Of a stretch of DNA of 64,000 nt, positions 51,384 through 62,300 are shown in pieces (position 1 is the first letter of the stretch; the number at the start of each line of letters is the position of its first letter). The DNA is from Phoronis australis (lineage: Eukaryota > Animalia > Phoronida): positions 1 to 64,000 of the forward strand of contig NMRA01000775.1 in the NCBI GenBank assembly GCA_002633005.1, in the 5' to 3' direction. A program made the translations under genes and the position numbers. Under the pieces are notes generated by a model that did no database searches, was not told the DNA's origin, and worked only from the letters and a program-made list of their open reading frames with translations.

Positions 51384-54300
51384 TGCTCAGCACGAGCTAA
51401 CTATAGATTCTGAAAACAAACGCGGGGCAATTCGGTCAAATTGTTTGCAATTCTGGTATGTTTGAGAGTTACCTGAAATCGTAGCACATACCTCTTCCAC
51501 TGCTCTGTAATGCAACAAGTCTACAGAGAGCTATCATTTAAAATGAATCTACAGTGGAACTGGTGGATTTTTTCATTCGCAACATGGTGGAAAGCACAAG
51601 GAAATCCGATTTATTGAACCTTCTAACAACATATACCTCAAAAAAGCCAATAAACCTGGGTAGAGTTCAGTTGCTGTCTAGCGGCTAGAAAATCTTAGCT
51701 AAAATCACGTGTTCTCGTTTAAAATACACGGCAACATCTCGCAAAATCTCGCGATGTCTTGCTTTTGTAGCGAGGTCCAAGCGTTATTGAATTCTACCCA
51801 AGTCTACTCCAAGAATTTAGTAATCCCTGGCGAGTGCAAACTGACCGCTTCTAGTGTCTACTTGTACGGTGCTACCAATGATCGGAAAAAGGGCCAGCGG
51901 CGTCAATATGGTACCAGAACTAATCTAGCTAGTGTTGAAAGGTATTTTGTAGATATTACCAAAACGTGCTGAAATTAACTCTGTCCTATTTTTCATAAAC
52001 CCTTTAATTGTTTGACACGAGCTGACACTATTCATTTTGGGAAACTCACATTTTTGGATTTCGAAAGTTTGCCTGTATTTGTAAGATAATCCGAAATCAC
52101 GTCCATAGGCGTAACATTAGGCGATGATCTTTTGTGGAAACACCCAGTAAGTCACGACAACATAAAAAACGTCGACTTCTCGAAAACAAGACAAAAATGC
52201 AGCTGATGAGATCCCAGAAATAAGAATAGATATGCTGTCACACTGGATCCAAAACGGCATAATGTCGTCAAAATGACGCCCCTTAAACATTCCTATTAAG
52301 GCTATCAAAAGCCTAGAAGAATGTCTGAGGGATTTTTACTTGCATACGACAGTTGAGAACGAATGCTTCGAGTCGCCTCATGCCTATGTGGTCATGAACG
52401 CAGCAAGTTGTGAAAAGAGATTAATCCTCACTCAAATCCCTTAATTTAATAACTAAATTGACATTCATTTCGCTGTTTCGATCCCATGCTAACGACATGC
52501 TTTAACCACCGACTCGATTTTTGTTATCCATTTCTTACTTGATTTCGTATCAGTCTTCCGGTACGTGACATGTACAGACCGTTGTGTATAACAATGAGCT
52601 GTGACCTACAACAGTAATGATGTAACCCACTTCGTAGCTGGGGACGATACGTTTTAATGACAATTAAGTTAATTACGCACTGCACTTGAATTCAGTTGAC
52701 ATTGGGAGCAAATGTTGAAACAGCTAACATGGTTAAAGCATGTATAGAATATATTTACCGAAAACAAGTTTCAACCGAAGCCATAGAGACCAAACGAAAA
52801 GACTAATCGAAAATTCCTTACAGCTTTTTGAGGTAACTGGTCAAGTTTTCATTTAAAAAAAGGTTTCATTAAAATCGACCGAGCGGTTATTTTGCTATGA
52901 ATGTACCTTTCTTAAAAATGAAATTTTGACTTTAAAAAGATGTTAACGTAATAATGGCAAATGAATACAGAACGCATTTTTAAACTTCCTGATCTTTTTT
53001 CTTTCAGAAAATATATACTTTTACTAGTTGACAAAGCTTAGATTTTTGATATACGAGTTAGAATGGAGGTCTTTAAATAAGGTTTGAGGTAGCCTTAATT
53101 CGATTGTTTTTCTATAAATACATGTAGGCGTGCGTATCTGCTTGGCTTACTGTTACGCAAAGACGTGACCTCATCTTCGCGAGAATCCTCGAGCAACTAC
53201 GACTAACACCCGCACATATTTACGTTCTATCTAATATACTCTGGTACCCATAACATATGCATACCTTTATTTCTAGTACCGTTGAATATTTATTCTGCTA
53301 CCATGGGCCTTCCTTTGTTTGTTCAGTGTTTCTCGCGGTTACGCAATATGGCACGAAAAGGTACTTCACTGTCATTGACGTACTCAACGTTTGAGTGTTT
53401 AAGCTGTGTTTTCATGTGTTGATTAAGTACTGCTATGACTATCTAGCTAGTTCAATACATCGAGAAGACTAAAATGCATTCGAAGAAGACTTTGAACATT
53501 TGGCCAAAAATTCTCTGCCCAAGAAAATCTGGTTGAATTTCAACGAGAAGACACGATTTTAACTTTCAATAACAGCTAGTTCAGACTACCTATGTTCCTA
53601 GCAGCTAAGAAAACTTGCTCATGTGTTCAGCCTAATTTTACGGGCAGTATGGTGGCTAGAAAATTCAAGACCTCGAGAGGTATCGTCACCCACTGGAAGC
53701 GAAGCACGCGATTACACTCGATGAGCTTGCAAGGTGTTGGTGCGATTCAGCTGTTTAAGTTTAACTATTCTGAGCATTCTTCTAGGTTTTTAAAACAGCA
53801 AACTTCGTCAAATGATCTCGTAATTCCCAATCAATGCCATCAGTACGATCGTAAACATACTGTCGGTCTAAGCAGTTATCCTCGAGAACGCCTGTGACAA
53901 CTTATAAATCTTTCGAATATCACAAAGTCCCCTAAATGGTTTGAGGTTGTGCGCAAATAAGACCACCTGCTCCTTCCGGAGTCAAATGAGCGTCAGCAAA
54001 ACCACCAAAATTGTGGATGACAAGGCCAGCAAAATGGCTACACGTTTTCTAATGCATTCTTGCAATAACAGAACTATAATTACATCAAATGCTTCACGTT
54101 TATTTTGAAAAATATATTACATAACTCCATTAAATGCACAAATGAACTTACAACAGATATTTATACGAGGACACTCTTACTGTGAGGCATGCTGGGATGT
54201 GACGCTAAGTATCAATTGACGAGGGACTACATTTTTGTCCACATAAGCCTGCGCCAGTGACTGCATATCAGTCACGAAAAACGTGGTACAGTTCAATGAC

Positions 54301-54797
54301 TACTTCTAGGTGGGTAAAGCGGATATAAATCCGCGCTCCGTCCAGGAAGCGAACTTTGGTTTAGTCTGTTGTAATTCGATCTCAACATCTTTCTTACTCA
54401 GATAAGAAGTGATATATGACTTTGTAAAGAATTCTTGAGGTCTTGCTCGGCGCATGAAATGACACGCTTGACTAGCCAACTTGTAGAATAGAGTCTGCGC
54501 TAATTAGCAGTCAGTTCCCTCGAGGGGCTGCAGTCGCTTTTTGACCAACGTTCGAGACGAGTTTCGTAACGGTAAATGGTCTAATTAAAAAGCTTTTTTC
54601 ATGACGGAAGCCAGATTTACAGTCGTTTTCCTTTGCGGCACGCCCTTAGTGAGGACGGACCCCACGGGAAAGTGCAATTTGTTGAAGAAACTCTTAAGCT
54701 TTTTACAGCGTTTGTACATTTGCACTAACAAGTCCTAAACTGAATTCGCTGAAAACGTTTTGTACACTTTCTGAGAAAACGAGAAAACAATCAAGCA

Positions 54798-54803
54798 TTT
54801 AAT
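54798..54803 (-). terminator. Candidate polyadenylation signal of precursor B
   Basis: ATTAAA on the minus strand about 130 nt after the stop codon. An alternative AATAAA lies at 54099-54104. Confidence 0.3.
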
Positions 54804-54932
54804 ATCAAAAACAACCTGAAACAACCATTTTTCTTGTACATGTACCGGTATATTTGAGCCATCGTTAAGTTTACATGATCTTTAACAGCCAAAATGAGAG
54901 ATTTTGCATCTCGTTTTTGAGCGAAAATTCGA

Positions 54933-55619
54933 CTATAAGTTGTCGCTGGGGAATAGACCTTTCCACATACTTGAGTCCGAAGAGTCCTGCCTGTCGTCCT
55001 CTTGATTCAACGCTCGTTCACTGGCATTAGGAATTTCAGAGTCCTTGGTTGTATCGTCGTTCAAGATTATTTTCTTAACTTTCTCGAGAGATTCGTTGTC
55101 ACCAACAATAAAAATTGGAGTTTTCTCATATGATTCGGTGCTGTCGACAGGCGGTTCTACAGAAACAAAACGTAACCTCTCACCAACAATGTCAGGTGCT
55201 CTCTTTCCAATAAAATTTTTTCTTCCCCTCTTGCCAATGAAATTGTGGCGTTTCCCAATGAAATTTCCGCGTCGTTTCCCTATGAGTGACTTCGGCCTGT
55301 CCCCAGCACTGTAAATCCAGTCGTTGTCAGCGGCACTGTTCTCGGTCATGTGAAGTCTGTCCAATGCTCGACCCAAGAAAACGTCGGCCGGTAGGTCCTG
55401 TACACGCTTTCTTAGCTCCTCAATATAACTTTTTATTGTTCTTGACGACTCTCCTGATCTTCGGCCGATGAAAATTGGAGATCGGGGAATCATGTCATTC
55501 AGAACTATTGGAGTGCTACGGTCTTCTGGTGACGCCGAGCTCGAAGAAAATTGTAAAAGTAACATCGCCAAACCAACCAATTTTAGTTCTGAACGTAAAA
55601 CAGCAACAAACGAAAACAT
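54933..55619 (-). CDS. Neuropeptide precursor-like protein B (228 aa; multiple FI-amide peptides)
   Basis: Signal-peptide-like N-terminus (MFSFVAVLRSELKLVGLAMLLLQFSSSSA). Tandem amidation/cleavage sites: PIFIGRR, VFLGR, SLIGKRR, GNFIGKR, HNFIGKR, KNFIGKR. Acidic C-terminal spacer. It is the longest N-free ORF in the track. Confidence 0.9.
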   Translation of the reverse strand: MFSFVAVLRSELKLVGLAMLLLQFSSSSASPEDRSTPIVLNDMIPRSPIFIGRRSGESSRTIKSYIEELRKRVQDLPADVFLGRALDRLHMTENSAADNDWIYSAGDRPKSLIGKRRGNFIGKRHNFIGKRGRKNFIGKRAPDIVGERLRFVSVEPPVDSTESYEKTPIFIVGDNESLEKVKKIILNDDTTKDSEIPNASERALNQEDDRQDSSDSSMWKGLFPSDNL

Positions 55620-55851
55620 TTCTGTAAAATTGTATCTTCCAGGTATGCTGGCGATCGGTCTAGACGCCTGACTTATTTTCTAACTGAGTCTTCAGTTGCG
55701 TTGGCTAAAATGTCGTAATAGCCAATGCTAAGTAACAGCCACCTGTTTGAGATGAATACAGCTGCCAGGCAGTCAAGCGAATGGCAGTATCTTATGATTT
55801 TCTCTCGTGGTCGTCCTCCTGCAAGTGGTAAGATCGTGAGCGCGCGCCAAC

Positions 55852-55857
55852 TTTATA
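55852..55857 (-). promoter_or_regulatory. Candidate TATA box of precursor B
   Basis: TATAAA on the minus strand about 235 nt upstream of the ATG, flanked by GC-rich GCGCGCCA/TGGCGCGC motifs. Confidence 0.45.
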
Positions 55858-57310
55858 GCTCACACGAGCAGGCGTGTTCGTGTCGTCGGTAACACCAGCA
55901 AGTGGCGCGCTAAAAGCATAATTGACATTTGAATGAGACAGCCGGAACGAGTTCTTAAACGTTTTATCTTCGAATTACGCAAAGCAGTCAAACCCTTCGT
56001 ATACTGTGAAGATGACAGATAATAAATTGAAGGTTAAGGCGGACACCATTAAAAACGTGTAAACAGGTAGCAGGAAAATTGAATGTTAAGTAATTTATCA
56101 CTCGATGACAATTTTAAAGGTTAATTACACTCTTTATTTGTTATTTAAGAAACTTGTTAACACGCGCTCTTGTTGGGTGCATCAATTTCAATTTAATTAC
56201 CCCGGTTATTTTCGAAGACGACCTGTCTTAAAGTTACTGGGACCGAGTTTAGCGAATAAGACGGATAAAATAGAAATTAAGCTGGTCGTCTGGTTTATAC
56301 ATTAAAACCAACCATGATCTTTAATCTAAATGAGTTGATTGGTACTAAAGCCAATTATGGTGCCGAAATGATTATTTTACTATCTAAAATACATGTGGTA
56401 TGCAAAAAACAAAACAATATTTCATTAAAAAATACTAGTATTTCCGGCGTCAAAAGGGTGTATTGGTGGCTGGAGGACAGCGACTGAAGGGGACGGATAA
56501 AGAGAGATAAATAAATACGTTTATTAAGTTACGTAATAGTTAGTACAATACAGTCGACCCATAAAAATATAAGAATATTATTTTCTATTCGCACAGTTGA
56601 CATACGAATGGAAGATTGACATGTAATCAGTAGGTCAAGTACTTCAATAACAAGAGAAATAAACTTACCACCTCAAGTGTGACATTCCTTAAAACATCGA
56701 TAATGACGGGCACTTTAAACAAATCGGAACGTATGTTTTGAAACGTTATGAACGCGTTATTATCCCAAGCAGTTTCTTATCTTGAAGAGAGCCTAACATT
56801 TTTCCCATTTGTTTTTCACAATTTTTTTTCTCATCCACTGATATTGATTATTGAAAACAATTATGTTACGAGGCCAGTCACTCGATTTCAGTTAGCGTTA
56901 ACTGGACGCTTTCGTGGAAAATGGGCGATTTACAACAAAATCGCAAAATTACAAAGGGTTTTCAAATAAACCACTTGCGGGTTTGTTTACTGAGCAGAGA
57001 AACCTCACATGCATAACGTTTATAGGAATGAATGTGGAAAACAAGCATTAGGTGTTACAAACCTCACACGGATTCCTACTTCGTCGGTTCCCTGCGTGTC
57101 CGCTAGGGGGAAGAAGACACTCAAGTATCATTCAGAAACACTACTACTTACGTCAAAGAGCTTTATTGTTAGAGAGATTAACTGAGCATCAGTTTCAATT
57201 GTTTAGTAAATTTCCGTAACGGTGTTTTGTTTACTACTTAAAATGTAAATAATGGAACAGATTAATCAGACAAAAACGCAAAATCTTAAGCCTTTACACA
57301 CCATTAGGAA

Positions 57311-57324
57311 GATTGACGTCAATC
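57311..57324. promoter_or_regulatory. Palindromic cAMP-response element (CRE) upstream of precursor B
   Basis: Perfect 14-bp palindrome GATTGACGTCAATC containing the canonical TGACGTCA, 1.7 kb upstream of the ATG. Function is inferred. Confidence 0.3.
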
Positions 57325-57594
57325 CCTAAACATCATCCAGTCCACCAGCAAGTAGAAAATGTGGCAAATCCACACCACTTTTGACAAGGCTTACCAACCT
57401 GTTCAAAATTGGCACAGTCCGTTTCAGGTAGGCGGTCCTTTAATTAAGTTTGACTGGGAGGAACAGTTGCTATGATTTCAGAGGAAATTTGAGACAAATT
57501 TGTGAGAGTTAACTTCATGACTTTCCGGTTGGATTCGTAGACAAGGAATGACATGCATGGTTAACCTTTCAAACTGAGGACATGTTTCAGATTA

Positions 57595-57720
57595 ATAGTA
57601 ATAACAACAACAAGAATAACATCAGCAATAACAATAACAACAATAATAATTTAATATTTTGATAATAATAATAACAACGATATCACCCACTGCGATGACG
57701 ATGACGATCGTAATCATGAC
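57595..57720 (+). repeat. (AAT/AAC/GAT)n low-complexity tract
   Basis: Seen directly. Confidence 0.8.
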
Positions 57721-58508
57721 GTTATCGATTATGCTACTGGTAACGACTAAAATAGAACTCAGTAGAGCAAGGATTTCTGTGATGATAATCGCAGTTGGTA
57801 TCTGGGTAATAAACGCTATGAACTGTGTTTGCCGTTATGGTGCGCTGACGCGCGATGTGGGCAAAACTGTGATTCACCGGTTGTTAGTTATGGCTAATAA
57901 TGGCAAACTCAGATTCAATACCTTAAGGTGTGGGGTCTAGGAATCACTTAATGATTATTTTAATCTTATCGAACAGGGTTCTTAGGTTATTTGTCTGTCA
58001 TGCCGCCGTGTGTGACAAACGAATTGAAAACGAACACCAGCTGTGAACGGATCCGCCAACGTTAACACTGATCAATATCAGTCAGACCCAACCATGATTC
58101 TGTCTTAGCTGCAGAGGTGACAGTTACCCTCTGACACAGCGCCACCTATACTGAAAAGTGGCCCTTCGTGTGGAACACAATGGACGACACACGGAACTCG
58201 CATGCTTGGTCGAAGGTTTATTCACCACATCGCCACCACTTGCACACTCCTTCTATGCACTGTAGGCCTACTGTTTGGACTTAGCCACGGGATTCCCTTG
58301 ATTTTGTTTACTTCGATCACTGCCCGTTTTAATAAATTGCAACTATCAAAGTCGAAAGTGGTCGTCATATTACGTAATAGTAAACTGAAAGGGGTTTCCC
58401 AGATTTCAACCAATGGGAATGACTGAATGTTATGACGTCGGTTTCATTACCTTAGCCAATAACAACATTCCACAGTGCTACCTTTCATAGCAATGTGAAA
58501 GAGTGTAA

Positions 58509-58605
58509 GGTGACAGTGTGACCTAGAAGGATGAATGTCCGCTTTCTGTCGTGGGTTCGAGTCCCAATGGGGCACATTGGTACATGTATATCCTTGAGTC
58601 AGATC
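58509..58605 (+). mobile_element. Degenerate tRNA-derived SINE head
   Basis: A-box-like TGACCTAGAAGG and B-box GGTTCGAGTCC (58554-58564), followed by a tgtatatccttgag block. No intact cloverleaf is visible. Confidence 0.45.
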
Positions 58606-60144
58606 CCTAGATATACACTGTAAGGCGATGAGCGAGAAGCCTGCGCACGTCTGGTACAACGCGTACCAGACCACAAGTAATTATATTTTAAATATCTTCG
58701 CCTCCACGCGAGAGCATCTCTCCTTCTTGATCTTTCTATTTATTAGGGAATCTGTGGCCGAGATATTGGCATTAGACGGGATGGAAACGAAGTAAGGATA
58801 TTTGGCTGCAAACTGCAAAGCTGTTCCATGGCATAGCAAGTCATTGTTATTTAGGACCATGAACTGTCGATAAGCACCTCCCATCGGTTAGATAGAATAA
58901 ATAGGCCAGTTTGTTTTTGCTGAGAAAATGACAAATATTCGTTTGCAAATGTCAAATAGATCGTAAACATGCAAGATATAGTTTTTTCAATAACAGATCG
59001 CTCGATTAACCACCAGGAAAACGGGAGGTTAATGCAAATCAAAGATGAAAGACAATGTCATCTTGTTTCGCCTTCAACTTGTCTCGACTTTTAGGATAAG
59101 CCGGTGGATTCATAACTAGCCTGCACGAGACTAAACAGGCCGCCTTTGTGAAATTTCCTATATCAATGAAAATAATTTGCATTGCTGTCTATTTTGTATT
59201 TTCCAAAAATTGTTGTCCGGTTGTGGAAAAAACCATTTAGTCTAATTCGCGCAAGTTTTAGACTACCAAAGAGTTCAACAAGGTTTTTCATTAACTATCA
59301 AATCTAATTTTCTGGGAGTGTTCCTAGAAGAAGAATACTTAAAAAGTTGACAAACATCCAACAGTGTATTGATTGACGAATGGAAATAACAACATTGTGT
59401 TTACATATTTTTTCACGGTAAATAATCAAAAGTGAGCAAGTTTTTGACACAAACTAGGTAACATTCACAACAATCACTGCAGTTCTGACACTGACAACAA
59501 CTGCAAGAAACACGTTAAGTTTAAATTGTAAGTGGTATTTCACTCCATAAATATATTTATGTGAGCATATGGACACATCATATCTTATATCTCTTTTTCC
59601 CCTCAATTCGGCCCGGTTCACAAATTCCTTTTGTAGGGCTTCCCAACACTTACCTGTATCCTCAACCTTTTAATTGGTCAATGATATCACGTGCCATGGG
59701 TTTGGTGAGCTCCGGGTCTTACTCACTGGTCCTGTGCGTGTCCGCTAGGGGGAAGGGAACGCGCGTTTTATTTTCCTAAGGAACAATTTTTACAAAGGCG
59801 TTTCTGATTGGCTGGTCGAATTGTCAGCAGGTAGCGCTTTATACGTATACAAGCCGACATGACTGATGGAGACAGTGTAAATGTGGATATAGTTAGTTTG
59901 TGGTCTGTTGAACAAATCGGCGCTTAATTGGCACATTTTCAAGAAATGTGAATCAGGAAACGGTGGTTGTGCCTTTTTGGTGTGCATTTTTCTACTGTCA
60001 CCGACTCACAGGTGAGAAACATCATGACCGCCGGTACTCCAAATCGGACCTACTCACCACAAAACAGGGATCAAATGGGACCGCCGCACCCGAAAATGGG
60101 AACAACGCACCTAAAAACATGACCGCCTCACCAAAAAAACAGGA

Positions 60145-62300
60145 CCGCCGGAGATTGAACATGACCGCCGGGATTGAGGTCTTACATGCTGCATACCTTT
60201 TGTGCGCTACAGGACACTTCTCTTTTATTAACAACACTCTTCCTTGAGTAAATTAAATTATTTATCGGCGATCGGGAAAATTAACGTTCTACCGTTATTC
60301 TGCTGCTAAAATTATGATGCGTTCTTTTCGGTCGGCTTTCATTGGTCAGTTTCTTTTTCCCCGATTCTTCAATCAGCTGTTCTTCTCTTCCACGAGGTTG
60401 CGTATATGGCACAACGAATTATCGGAACTGACTTCGTTTCGTTACAAATTTTTAGTATTTTAATACCAGCAAACCGAATTTCAGAACAAATTTTGTTGCT
60501 GCGAAGCTGTCCTCATCTTCCGAAAGATGTCGCAAAACTTTAGGAAATGGCGCGTGCGCGTGTCAGGAGCGCTATAGATTTTCTTTTGTTTCAAAAGGCA
60601 AAGAATTATACAAGAAAATGACGGCTATTAAATTGTTTTTCACTCAAACGGCTGCAACGGGCAAGGTGAGTGTCGGTTGATTCCCAGATTTTGCATGCAC
60701 CTCGCCGGTCGTTAGTTCTACATGTTGATATAAATTTCACGAGGAGGTTAGGATCAGAACCACCCAGGCCGTGTGAAATTTAGGGATCAGACGGGGCTTA
60801 ACACACGGGCTACTAAGTTGTATTTTGACGATAGTCTTTATACAGCTAGCTGGCCTAACCTGCAGTATCATTGCATAGGCGGATTTAGGGGGGGGGCCCG
60901 TGCCCCCCCCTTGGCTGCCGCAAACTTGAAAAAATAAAANNNNNNNNNNNNNNNNNNNNNNNNNNNNNNNNNNNNNNNNNNNNNNNNNNNNNNNNNNNNN
61001 NNNNNNNNNNNNNNNNNNNNNNNNNNNNNNNNNNNNNNNNNNNNNNNNNNNNNNNNNNNNNNNNNNNNNNNNNNNNNNNNNNNNNNNNNNNNNNNNNNNN
61101 NNNNNNNNNNNNNNNNNNNNNNNNNNNNNNNNNNNNNNNNNNNNNNNNNNNNNNNNNNNNNNNNNNNNNNNNNNNNNNNNNNNNNNNNNNNNNNNNNNNN
61201 NNNNNNNNNNNNNNNNNNNNNNNNNNNNNNNNNNNNNNNNNNNNNNNNNNNNNNNNNNNNNNNNNNNNNNNNNNNNNNNNNNNNNNNNNNNNNNNNNNNN
61301 NNNNNNNNNNNNNNNNNNNNNNNNNNNNNNNNNNNNNNNNNNNNNNNNNNNNNNNNNNNNNNNNNNNNNNNNNNNNNNNNNNNNNNNNNNNNNNNNNNNN
61401 NNNNNNNNNNNNNNNNNNNNNNNNNNNNNNNNNNNNNNNNNNNNNNNNNNNNNNNNNNNNNNNNNNNNNNNNNNNNNNNNNNNNNNNNNNNNNNNNNNNN
61501 NNNNNNNNNNNNNNNNNNNNNNNNNNNNNNNNNNNNNNNNNNNNNNNNNNNNNNNNNNNNNNNNNNNNNNNCCGCCGGAGATTGAACATGACCGCCGGGA
61601 TTGAGGTCTTACATGCTGCATACCTTTTGTGCGCTACAGGACACTTCTCTTTTATTAACAACACTCTTCCTTGAGTAAATTAAATTATTTATCGGCGATC
61701 GGGAAAATTAACGTTCTACCGTTATTCTGCTGCTAAAATTATGATGCGTTCTTTTCGGTCGGCTTTCATTGGTCAGTTTCTTTTTCCCCGATTCTTCAAT
61801 CAGCTGTTCTTCTCTTCCACGAGGTTGCGTATATGTCACAACGAATTATCGGAACTGACTTCGTTTCGTTACAAATTTTTAGTATTTTAATACCAGCAAA
61901 CCGAATTTCAGAACAAATTTTGTTGCTGCGAAGCTGTCCTCATCTTCCGAAAGATGTCGCAAAACTTTAGGAAATGGCGCGTGCGCGTGTCAGGAGCACT
62001 ACAGATTTTCTTTTGTTTCAAAAGGCAAAGAATTATGCAAGAAAATGACGGTTATTAAATTGTTTTTCACTCAAACGGCTGCAACGGGCAAGGTGAGTGT
62101 CGGTTGATTCCCAGATTTTGCATGCACCTCACCGATCGTTAGTTCTACATGTTGATATAAATTTCACGAGGAAGTTAGGATCAGAACCACCCGGGCCGTG
62201 TGAAATTTAGGGATCAGACGGGGCTTAACACACGGACTACTAAGTTGTATTTTGACGATAGTCTTTATACAGCTAGCTGGCCTAACCCGCAGTATCATTG
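60145..62300 (+). repeat. 729-bp near-identical direct duplication flanking the gap (60145-60873 vs 61572-62300)
   Basis: The copies are co-linear at a constant 1427-nt offset, with about 11 substitutions counted by eye and no indels. Confidence 0.95.
60940..61571. other. Assembly gap (N run)
   Basis: Run of N. Confidence 1.

Noticed and set aside
43014-52225. Other CTGATGA occurrences (43014, 46719, 52203) as hammerhead ribozymes
   Set aside because: None has a paired stem II followed by GAAA and a cleavage triplet.
52161-52250. IPEIRIDMLSHW, reminiscent of a piggyBac transposase C-terminal segment
   Set aside because: It is too short, no Cys-rich domain follows, and no TIRs are visible.
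58509-58585. Functional tRNA gene
   Set aside because: A/B boxes are present, but no acceptor or anticodon stems can be formed, so it is treated as a SINE relic.
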